Assembly (NCBI GenBank): GCA_964249295.1
Contig: CAXUCQ010000001.1
Location: 1-41,839 of the forward strand
Length of the DNA stretch: 41,839 nucleotides
Origin: an uncultured Armatimonadales bacterium
GTDB taxonomy: Bacteria; Armatimonadota; Armatimonadia; Armatimonadales; Capsulimonadaceae
Reading direction: 5' to 3'
A program made the translations under genes and the position numbers. Positions 1 through 8,016 of the stretch are shown in pieces. Each line of letters starts with the position of its first letter. Positions within the stretch are counted from its first letter, which is position 1. The notes beneath the pieces are model-generated. The model was not told where the DNA came from. It ran no database searches and was given only the letters and a program-made list of their open reading frames with translations.

Positions 1-94
1 GCGCGAGCAGGGCGAGCGCCAGCAGGGGGCGGGTCCGGGCAGCGGGAAGTCGCCGGGGCGATGGTACTCTCCGAATGGGAACGGATGAAGGCAT
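1..94 (-). CDS. 5' end of a gene that runs off the window; signal-peptide-like N-terminus, product unknown
   Basis: Too short for the ORF track. The reverse strand reads AAGGAG (106..101), a 6-nt spacer, then ATG (94..92). Translation is MPSSVPIRRVPSPRRLPAARTRPLLALALLA..., a basic n-region followed by a Leu/Ala-rich h-region. It continues past position 1. Confidence 0.4.
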   Translation of the reverse strand, partial: MPSSVPIRRVPSPRRLPAARTRPLLALALLA

Positions 95-201
95 TTTTCA
101 CTCCTTAAAGTGGGGCGGTTGTCCGGCGTCTCTCGGGCGCAAGTCGGGGACCATCGACAAGCCAATCGCCAATCGCCTGCAGCGGCAGTTCTCTGGATTT
201 G

Positions 202-231
202 ATTATACAGCAACTCTCCCAAGAAAAACAA
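202..231 (-). promoter_or_regulatory. candidate sigma70-type promoter for the truncated gene at 1..94
   Basis: The reverse strand reads TTGTTT, an 18-nt spacer, then TATAAT (the -10 is at 207..202). It sits in the only AT-rich patch of the 550-bp intergenic region. Confidence 0.35.
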
Positions 232-363
232 CCAATTTCATAAAAAACACCGCCTTTGTGACCGGACTTCTGGCGCAGGCGGAAAATCCATCCTCAGACC
301 CACGGGTGCTTCGTGAATCCAACAGCTCAGCCTTCCAAGGCCGCGAAACTTTCGCGCAGCCAC

Positions 364-392
364 TTGTCTGACGCGACACGATCTGGTACAAT
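364..392 (+). promoter_or_regulatory. candidate extended -10 promoter upstream of gnd-zwf
   Basis: TTGTCT (364..369), a 17-nt spacer ending in TGg, then TACAAT (387..392). The predicted TSS near 399 coincides with an ATG. Confidence 0.45.
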
Positions 393-581
393 AAACATAT
401 GTCTATGTAATTGAAACCGGCAACCACTGCTCCTGCGCCCACGACGGTGGGCAATCCGCACTTCCGCAGCCCAGGACTGAAGCCTTGAGAAACACGGACA
501 ACAAAATTTGCGAAAACGAACTCCCCTCCCGAGCCGCGTGTCATAACGAACCCTCGGCCACCCAGGCAGGAATCGGGCGGG

Positions 582-610
582 TTGAGTGCGAACAGTGCGG
601 GGAATAATAG
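582..610 (+). promoter_or_regulatory. second, proximal candidate promoter for gnd
   Basis: TTGAGT (582..587), a 17-nt spacer, then TAATAG (605..610). This would give a roughly 30-nt leader containing the AAGGAG SD. Confidence 0.3.
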
Positions 611-645
611 CGCGAACACTTTGACGGACACATAAGGAGCGCACG

Positions 646-1680
<1,035 letters not shown>

Positions 1681-1716
1681 CGCCGCCGTTCGGCCAAGAC
1701 CCAATAGGATGTTGAT

Positions 1717-3327
1717 ATGACCACGAAAGAAGCGCCGCCCCAGGACGCACAGACCGAACAATCGAAGAACGGCCAAGGGGCGGCCCCCGACCCATGCGCC
1801 GACGACTCTTTGCTCATCGAGCGCCCCCTGCCGCCGTGCAGCCTCGTCATCTTCGGCGCGACGGGCGACCTGACGCACCGCAAACTCATCCCGGCGCTCT
1901 TCTCGCTCGAGACGCAGGGCCTGCTCCCGGCCAAGATGAAGATCGTCGGCTTCGCCCGGCGGGAGTATTCCGACCACTCCTTCCGCGACGAGCTCCAGCA
2001 GTCCATCCAGGAGTTCGCCCCCGATCTCCTGAAGGAAGCGCCGAGCGCCTGGGAGAAGTTCGCCAAGCGCGTCGTCTTCCACCGCTCCGACTTCGACAAC
2101 ACGCAGGGCTTCACCTGGCTGAAGGAGCGCCTGGACAAGTTCGACCAGACCGAAGGCACGGCGGGCAACCGCCTGTTCTACCTCGCCACGCCGCCGAGCA
2201 CCTACTCGACCGTCGTCGAGCAGTTGGGCAAGGTCGGCCTGGTCAAGGGCGGCGATGAGAAAGACAGCGCGGGGTTCACGCGCATCATCGTGGAAAAGCC
2301 GTTCGGCTCCGACCTCGCCTCGGCCAAGCAGCTCAACCACGACCTGAAGACGGTTTTCGACGAAGACCAGATCTACCGCATCGACCACTATCTGGGCAAA
2401 GAGACCGTCCAGAACATTTTCGTCTTCCGGTTCGCGAACGCCCTGTTCGAGCCATTGTGGAACAGCCGCTTCGTGGACAACATCCAGATCACGGTCGCCG
2501 AAACGGTCGGCGTCGAGCAGCGCGCGGGGTACTTCGACCACGCCGGCGAGCTGCGCGACATGGTCCAGTCGCACGCGCTCCAGATGCTCGCCCTCGTCTG
2601 CATGGAGCCGCCCAACTCGCTGGGCGCCAACGACCTGCGCGACGAGAAGGTCAAAGTCCTGCGCGCCTTGAAGCCGTTCACCGAGGAAGATCACGGGAGC
2701 AGCATCGTGCGCGGGCAGTACGGCGCGGGTCGGCTCAACGGCAAAGACGTCCCGGCCTACCGCGACGAGCCGAACGTGCCGAAAGACTCGGTCACCGACT
2801 GCTTCGTCGCCCTGAAGCTCGAAGTGCAGAACTGGCGCTGGTCCGGCGTCCCCATCTACCTGCGTGCCGGCACACGGATGCCGGCCCGCGGCACCGACAG
2901 CCACAGCACCTACAAAGACCTACCCCCGATCCTGCTGTCACAGCTGGAGTGTCCCGACTCGGAGCCGAACATCATCACGATCCGCGTCCAGCCGAACGAA
3001 GGCATCTCCATGCGGCTCGGCGCCAAGCCGCCCGGCCAGCGCACCCGCGTCAAGCCCGTGGACATGAACTTCACCTACGGGACCAGTTTCGGCCAGCGCA
3101 TCCACGACGCCTACGAGCGTCTGCTGATGGACGCCATGCTGGGCGACGCGGCGCTGTTCACCCGCGACGACGAGGTGGAAGCCGAGTGGGGCCTGATCAC
3201 GCCCATCCTGGAAACATGGGCCAAGACCCCCGCCCCCGAGCTGCCGAACTACGCCGCCGGGAGCTGGGGACCCGAGGCCGCCGACAAGATGGTCACCGAG
3301 TCAGGCCGCCGCTGGTGGAACCGCTAG
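1717..3327 (+). CDS. zwf: glucose-6-phosphate 1-dehydrogenase
   Basis: Motifs [12 protein letters not shown] (NADP site), [14 protein letters not shown] (active-site signature) and C-terminal YERLL...F.R.DEVE.AW. It lies 36 nt downstream of gnd. Confidence 0.93.
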   Translation: MTTKEAPPQDAQTEQSKNGQGAAPDPCADDSLLIERPLPPCSLVIFGATGDLTHRKLIPALFSLETQGLLPAKMKIVGFARREYSDHSFRDELQQSIQEFAPDLLKEAPSAWEKFAKRVVFHRSDFDNTQGFTWLKERLDKFDQTEGTAGNRLFYLATPPSTYSTVVEQLGKVGLVKGGDEKDSAGFTRIIVEKPFGSDLASAKQLNHDLKTVFDEDQIYRIDHYLGKETVQNIFVFRFANALFEPLWNSRFVDNIQITVAETVGVEQRAGYFDHAGELRDMVQSHALQMLALVCMEPPNSLGANDLRDEKVKVLRALKPFTEEDHGSSIVRGQYGAGRLNGKDVPAYRDEPNVPKDSVTDCFVALKLEVQNWRWSGVPIYLRAGTRMPARGTDSHSTYKDLPPILLSQLECPDSEPNIITIRVQPNEGISMRLGAKPPGQRTRVKPVDMNFTYGTSFGQRIHDAYERLLMDAMLGDAALFTRDDEVEAEWGLITPILETWAKTPAPELPNYAAGSWGPEAADKMVTESGRRWWNR

Positions 3328-3371
3328 CCCTGAAAGAACATCGACCAAAAAGAACATAGAAAGGACACGAC

Positions 3372-3695
3372 ATGCCGACAGTCACCGTCGAAGGGGAGAA
3401 ATCGTTCGAAGCCGCCGTCGGCACGAAACTCGTGCTGGCGATCGAAGACGCCGGCATCGACATCCTGCACCGCTGCGGCGGCAACGCCCGCTGTGTCACC
3501 TGCCGCGTCCACTACCTGAGCGGTGAGCCGTCCGAGATGGGCGAGGCGGAGCGCGCGACGCTGGAGGAGGACGGCCTGCTCGGACAGTTCCGCCTCTCCT
3601 GTCAGGTCCGGCTGGGCGAGGAAGACGTGGATGTCCAGGTCTGGGGCCGTGCCTCGGAGAAGGGCATCCCTCCAGGTGAACGCCCGGAAGACTGA
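3372..3695 (+). CDS. 2Fe-2S ferredoxin (adrenodoxin/plant-type fold)
   Basis: 107 aa. Cys35-x5-Cys41-x2-Cys44-x32-Cys77 (HRCGGNARCVTC ... LSCQV). SD-like GAAAGGA upstream. Directly follows zwf. Confidence 0.8.
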   Translation: MPTVTVEGEKSFEAAVGTKLVLAIEDAGIDILHRCGGNARCVTCRVHYLSGEPSEMGEAERATLEEDGLLGQFRLSCQVRLGEEDVDVQVWGRASEKGIPPGERPED

Positions 3696-3770
3696 CCCCT
3701 TTCGGGTCATGAATTGCTGTGACAGCCGCTTCCTGTGAGGGTGGCGGCTGTCTTTCTTTGGAAATCCGCG

Positions 3771-4838
3771 ATGCACACTCAAAACCAAGGCCGCATCGGC
3801 TTTCTGTATGACCCGACGGTACTCGAGCATCAGCCCCCGCCGGGCCACCCCGAACGCCCGGCGCGCGTCCGCGACACGATCCAACTCTTGGAGCGGAGCG
3901 GCCTCCTAGACCGCCTGACGCGCCTCCCCGTCACACCGGCCACGCGCGAACAGATCGAGCGCGTCCACGCGGCGCGGTACTTGGACCGTGTCGAGCGGAT
4001 CATCGCGGGCGGCGGCGGGTATCTGGACGCCGGAGACACCGTTGCGTCCGCCGGCTCCTGGCGGGCGGCGATCACAGCGGCGGGCGCCGCCATCGGCGCC
4101 GTCGATGCCGTCCTGAACGGCCAAGTCGGGGCGGCGTTCGCCCTGGTACGCCCGCCGGGCCACCACGCCACGCCGACCGAAGCGATGGGCTTCTGCATCC
4201 TCAACCATGCCGCCATCGCCGCCGCCCACGCCTGCGCCGCCTACGGCCTTTCGCGCGTCCTCTTGATCGACTTCGACGTCCACCACGGCAACGGCACCCA
4301 GGACGCCTTCTATGGCGATCCGCAAGTGCTCTACTTCTCGACCCATCAGTCGCCGGCGTATCCCGGCACGGGACGCGCTGAGGAGATCGGGGCCGGTCCC
4401 GGCCTCGGCTACACGGTGAATGTGCCGCTCCCCCCCCACGTCGGAGACGACGGCTTTCTGCAGGCTTTCGAGACCGTCCTGCTGCCCCTCGCCGACAGGT
4501 TCCGTCCGCAAATCGTCATCCTGTCCGGTGGCTATGACGCTCACTGGCGCAACAGCGCGTATGTGGCCGGGATCGAGGAGCGGATGACGGTCACCGGCCT
4601 CGCCAGACTGTCGGCCCTCGTCAAACAGATCGCCGACGCCCATTGTCCTAGCCGCCTCGTCGGTATCTTAGAAGGCGGATACGATCTGGAAGCACTGGCC
4701 TATGGCGTTCTTGCAACACTGGCGAGTTGGATTGGGGACACGGAAGCAGACGATCCCATTGGGCCGCCGCCGAGTTTAATGGCGTCCCCCGACGTAAGCG
4801 GGCTTCTGCAGCGGGTCCGCCGGATGCACGGGCTATGA
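3771..4838 (+). CDS. histone-deacetylase-family amidohydrolase (AcuC / acetylpolyamine amidohydrolase-like)
   Basis: Motifs RPPGHHA, DFDVHHGNGTQ and EGGYD. I prefer the ATG at 3771 (MHTQNQGRIGFLYDP.., matching typical family N-termini) over the GTG at 3735 given in the ORF track. Confidence 0.85.
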   Translation: MHTQNQGRIGFLYDPTVLEHQPPPGHPERPARVRDTIQLLERSGLLDRLTRLPVTPATREQIERVHAARYLDRVERIIAGGGGYLDAGDTVASAGSWRAAITAAGAAIGAVDAVLNGQVGAAFALVRPPGHHATPTEAMGFCILNHAAIAAAHACAAYGLSRVLLIDFDVHHGNGTQDAFYGDPQVLYFSTHQSPAYPGTGRAEEIGAGPGLGYTVNVPLPPHVGDDGFLQAFETVLLPLADRFRPQIVILSGGYDAHWRNSAYVAGIEERMTVTGLARLSALVKQIADAHCPSRLVGILEGGYDLEALAYGVLATLASWIGDTEADDPIGPPPSLMASPDVSGLLQRVRRMHGL

Positions 4839-4841
4839 CTC

Positions 4842-5756
4842 TCAGCGGGGCTGGTAGGGCTGGCCCAGCGCGGTGGGCGGCACGACCTGGAGGCGTGACC
4901 GGAACAGCAACGCCACAAGCGTCAGCAGGTAAGGCAACGCGAGGAAGAACTGGTAGGGGAAACGCAGCGCCGAGGCCTGAAACTGGAACTGCAAGGCACT
5001 GGCCAGTCCGAACAGCAGAGCCGCCGCAAGCACACCCAGCGGGTTCCAGCGCCCGAGGATAACGACCGCCAGAGCGATGAACCCACGCCCGGCGCTCATG
5101 TTCTCGACAAAACTGTTCGTATAGCCGATGCTCAGGTAAGCGCCCGCAAGACCCGCCAGCGCCCCACCCCAGAGCAGCGCCAGCGTCCGCACGCGGTTCA
5201 CGCGGACCCCGGCGCCGTCGGCGGCTTCGGGGTACTCGCCCACCGCACGCAGCCGCAGGCCCGGCAGGGTACGGAAAAGATAAAACCAGCACAGAGGCAC
5301 CAGCAGCCAGGCGAAATACGCCAGCCCGTTCTGCGCGAACAGAGCCTGTCCGACGACGGGCAGCCGACTGAGCACCGGCACTGGGAGGGACGGAAAAATC
5401 ACGGCGCTTGTGTTGGCGTTGGGGAACCAGGACCGGGCGAACACGCCCGTCAGGCCCAGCGCCAGGATGTTGATCGCGGTGCCGGCCACCACCTGATCGG
5501 CGCGCAGGCGAATCGCCAGCAGCGCCATGAGAGCGGCCAGAAGTCCGCCCACACCCGCCGCACAGGAAGCGCCGAGGAGAGGGCTGTGGCTCGCGTGACA
5601 GCCGGCAAAGCCGGCCAGCGCCCCGGCCAGCACCATGCCTTCGATCCCGACGTTGATGACCCCCGACCTTTCGGCAAAGATCTCCCCCAGTGCCGCGAAC
5701 AGCAGCGGGATGGCGAGCAGGACGCCGGTGCGAAGCAGATCAGCCAGCGTACCCAT
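4842..5756 (-). CDS. ABC transporter permease, BMP/nucleoside-simple-sugar family (YufQ/NupQ-like)
   Basis: 304 aa and polytopic. N-terminal signature AALGEIFAERSGVINVGIEGMVLAGA is typical of this permease family. No ATPase, partner permease or binding protein lies next to it. Confidence 0.8.
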   Translation of the reverse strand: MGTLADLLRTGVLLAIPLLFAALGEIFAERSGVINVGIEGMVLAGALAGFAGCHASHSPLLGASCAAGVGGLLAALMALLAIRLRADQVVAGTAINILALGLTGVFARSWFPNANTSAVIFPSLPVPVLSRLPVVGQALFAQNGLAYFAWLLVPLCWFYLFRTLPGLRLRAVGEYPEAADGAGVRVNRVRTLALLWGGALAGLAGAYLSIGYTNSFVENMSAGRGFIALAVVILGRWNPLGVLAAALLFGLASALQFQFQASALRFPYQFFLALPYLLTLVALLFRSRLQVVPPTALGQPYQPR

Positions 5757-6182
5757 TCAGTCGCGCGCCTTCTTAGCGATCTCCGCCAGGTGCTGGGCTT
5801 CTTCGGCCTCGATGTCGGCGAGGCTCTTTCGCGGACCCGCCTCGGCATCCAGAGGCGCAAGGTCATCGGCGGAGACCAGGACCGTGTAGCGGAGCGCGAA
5901 CTTCTTTTCAGCGGCGGACAGCCTGTTCCGGGCCTCGTCCGAAAGGCCGTCGAGCCATTTCTGCCGCATGGCCTGGGAGCCTGTCAGGTGGCGCTCCCGG
6001 ATGTCTCGCGGCAGGCCGGCCTCATCGACGTGTACCGTCGCCGTCCCGTCGGCGTAGAGCTTGCCCAAGGTTCCGGTCAATGCGCGGTAGTGCGGGTAGA
6101 ATAGCCCTGATTTCGTGTCTGCGGCCGTCGCCTCACGGTCGGCGATCAGGATGGCGTCCCCTTCAGCGAGTTTTTTCGGCAT
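5757..6182 (-). CDS. hypothetical protein, 141 aa, no motif recognised
   Basis: The internal ATG at 6182 of the 267-aa track ORF is preceded by GGAAGGGG. High GC3. Its stop TGA (5759..5757) abuts the ATG of the permease (5756). The longer N-terminal extension would overlap the divergent gene at 6255. Confidence 0.6.
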   Translation of the reverse strand: MPKKLAEGDAILIADREATAADTKSGLFYPHYRALTGTLGKLYADGTATVHVDEAGLPRDIRERHLTGSQAMRQKWLDGLSDEARNRLSAAEKKFALRYTVLVSADDLAPLDAEAGPRKSLADIEAEEAQHLAEIAKKARD

Positions 6183-6254
6183 GGATGTTCCCCTTCCGTT
6201 TGGCGCGTGGAGCGCACCGGGTATTGATGAAGTCAGCACACTGGGAGAAACGCA

Positions 6255-6665
6255 ATGAGTTTTGCACAAGTTATATATGTGATTTTTGAGTGGCTGATAG
6301 TGCTGGCCCTGCTCGGCCTGATCGGCGTCATCGGCTGGCTCGTGATGACCGTCCTGGAGATCAAGACCCGCGTCATGAAAGACGCCAAGCGCCTTTATGA
6401 GTCGCCGACCCGCTCCGTGAAAAGCCTGATCGCGACCGGCAAGGGGATCGCGCAGCAGGAGTCGGTTCGGGTGCGCCATATCGGCGGCTCGGTCAAAGTC
6501 GCGGCAACGTCCGTGAAAGCCGCGTCCGGCGAGGTGAAGGTCGCCGCCCAGTCGATCCACGTCTCCGAACTGAAGTCGTCGCTCGCCGATGTCCAGAACG
6601 TCATGAAGTTCGTCAGCCTGATCGGGAAGTTCTCCAAGTCGGTGACAGGGCGGGGATCAGCCTGA
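6255..6665 (+). CDS. N-terminally membrane-anchored helical protein, DUF948-like architecture
   Basis: SD GGGAGA lies 7 nt upstream. One N-terminal TM segment (VIYVIFEWLIVLALLGLIGVIGWLVM) is followed by an Ala/Val/Lys/Ser helical region. Layout matches the protein at 36153..36578. Confidence 0.6.
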   Translation: MSFAQVIYVIFEWLIVLALLGLIGVIGWLVMTVLEIKTRVMKDAKRLYESPTRSVKSLIATGKGIAQQESVRVRHIGGSVKVAATSVKAASGEVKVAAQSIHVSELKSSLADVQNVMKFVSLIGKFSKSVTGRGSA

Positions 6666-6670
6666 CGCTC

Positions 6671-7189
6671 TTATTTTCCTGAAAGCCTCTGCTGCAGCGC
6701 CGCCGCCAAGTCTTTCGCCGTCGCGCCCGGCTCGCCGGGGTCGATGTCTTCGACCGACTGACCGTTAACGGCGACACCGACCCCTGAGACGCCAGCAGCA
6801 GAGGGCGAAAGGACGTCTGTCGGCAGGTCCACGTCGACGATTTCCGCGGAGGCCGCCCCTTTGGAGCCTTGCACAATTGTTTGGACCGTTTGGAGCGCGT
6901 CCTGGAGCGCTTGCGGGTTTGCTTGGTTCGCCTCATCATACACCCAGCCGACCGTGACTCTGTATTTCGCCGTGGCGGGGCTGCCCACGGTGATTTCAGG
7001 CGGCGGCCCGGACGGCGCTGCGGGTACCGAGCCTCCGGCTGCCGTCGGTTTTGCGGGGCTGGTCTGCTGTGACTTGGCGGCGTCATCGTCGTCTGTGTCG
7101 GGTTTGGCAACCCTGTTGATGCCGCGGTTCACAAGCACCAGCAGCATGACGAGAATCACAACGCCGAGTATAGGGAGAAAGCGCCTCAT
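6671..7189 (-). CDS. hypothetical N-terminally anchored exported protein
   Basis: The ATG at 7189 has AAGGA 7 nt upstream. MRRFLPILGVVILVMLLVLV is a TM/signal anchor, followed by an acidic/Pro-rich linker and a roughly 100-aa domain. It starts 18 nt after the stop of pgeF. Confidence 0.6.
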   Translation of the reverse strand: MRRFLPILGVVILVMLLVLVNRGINRVAKPDTDDDDAAKSQQTSPAKPTAAGGSVPAAPSGPPPEITVGSPATAKYRVTVGWVYDEANQANPQALQDALQTVQTIVQGSKGAASAEIVDVDLPTDVLSPSAAGVSGVGVAVNGQSVEDIDPGEPGATAKDLAAALQQRLSGK

Positions 7190-7207
7190 TGCGGATCCTT
7201 GCATGAG

Positions 7208-8014
7208 TCAAAGCGCGCGCAAGGCGAGAAACCCCGCCATCCGCCCTGTTTCGCCGTCACGACGGAACGAGAAAAAGTTCTGGCTGTCACTGTAGGTGTT
7301 CTCGGCGCTGACGGATACGCCAGCCGCAGGAAGGCCCGCCTCAAGAAGCTGCGCGTAGATGACCGAACGCAGATCCAGTGTGTGCCGCCCGGAAGACTCG
7401 CACCTCGGAACAAGGGCGTCCGCGTGCTGCAGGATGTCCAGGTGTCGGAAGTGGTCTGCGACCTCTTGGCCGACCTCGTAACTTTCTCCACTGATCGCGG
7501 GGCCGATGGCGGCCAGGCACAACTCGGGCCGACTCCCGAAGTTCTCACGCATGGCATGGACCGCCTCGGCGACGATGCCGGACACGGTGCCGCGCCAGCC
7601 GGAATGGACAAGACCGATGGCCTGCTCGACAGGATCAACGATGTAGACCGGCACACAATCGGCGAAGAGCAGCATCAGCAGGAGGCCGGTTCGGTTCGTC
7701 ACGAGCGCATCCGCTCCGGGGGCAACGGCAAGACCGCCCCGCTGCACGACCGCCACTCCGTTCCCATGCACCTGTTCCGCGGACCTGACCTGCGAAGGCA
7801 GGAAGCCGAGTTCAGCCCACAGCCGCTGCCGGTTGGCTTCGACAGACGCGGGATCGTCACGGACGTGTACACCGAGATTCAGCGACTGGTAGGGCGGGCG
7901 GCTGACCCCGCCGTGTCGGGTGGTAAACCCGTGGACGACGCCGGGCAAGCCCGCGAGGTTCGCCGCCTGGTAGACGGGCAGAGCGCCGATCTCGCGCCGC
8001 GTCCAGTCCGACAT
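7208..8014 (-). CDS. pgeF: YfiH/PgeF family (DUF152, laccase-domain) protein, peptidoglycan editing factor-like
   Basis: Motifs GFTTRHGGVS, QVHGNGV, DCVPV and HSGWRGT (the conserved His/Cys/His set). It starts 2 nt after the upstream GH15 stop. Confidence 0.85.
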   Translation of the reverse strand: MSDWTRREIGALPVYQAANLAGLPGVVHGFTTRHGGVSRPPYQSLNLGVHVRDDPASVEANRQRLWAELGFLPSQVRSAEQVHGNGVAVVQRGGLAVAPGADALVTNRTGLLLMLLFADCVPVYIVDPVEQAIGLVHSGWRGTVSGIVAEAVHAMRENFGSRPELCLAAIGPAISGESYEVGQEVADHFRHLDILQHADALVPRCESSGRHTLDLRSVIYAQLLEAGLPAAGVSVSAENTYSDSQNFFSFRRDGETGRMAGFLALRAL

Positions 8015-8016
8015 GA

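Noticed and set aside
75-371. 98-aa plus-strand ORF in the first intergenic region.
   Set aside because: It has low third-position GC compared with real genes here and no SD. It overlaps the start of the minus-strand gene at 94 and the AT-rich promoter patch.
395-402. The palindrome ACATATGT near the gnd distal promoter, considered as a Deinococcus-type radiation/desiccation response motif (RDRM).
   Set aside because: It is only an 8-bp palindrome, not the roughly 17-bp TTATG...CATAA-type dyad I remember for RDRM. No comparable dyad is upstream of radA, recD2 or dinG. I kept it only as a generic possible operator.
1705-1719. TAGGAT-gttgat-ATG upstream of zwf, considered as another leaderless promoter.
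   Set aside because: The hexamer is weak and there is no -35 element. The same bases form an AGGA SD at proper spacing, and zwf lies 36 nt behind gnd. Simple operon-internal SD-led initiation is more likely.
2887-2919. A possible compensated frameshift or sequencing error in zwf, where a normally hydrophobic strand reads [11 protein letters not shown].
   Set aside because: The other two frames give Ala/Pro/Thr or Arg/Gln/Pro nonsense with no resemblance to Zwf. The flanking YLRAG..RMP and ..[10 protein letters not shown] align in the same frame. I kept it only as a minor oddity.
4430-4437. A C8 homopolymer inside the deacetylase gene, and G7 runs at 37190..37196 and 37894..37900, considered as possible phase-variation tracts.
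   Set aside because: They simply encode Pro-Pro (CCC CCC) in essential-type genes of a GC-rich genome. They are short for slipped-strand switches and are not in promoter or 5' coding positions.
6183-6560. N-terminal extensions of several track ORFs: 5757..6560, 17111..18289, 20784..21035, 25771..25902, 33512..34585 and 36698..37621.
   Set aside because: The extensions overlap neighbouring genes or promoters and give arginine-rich nonsense. They also precede internal starts that have SD sites or homology-fixed N-termini.
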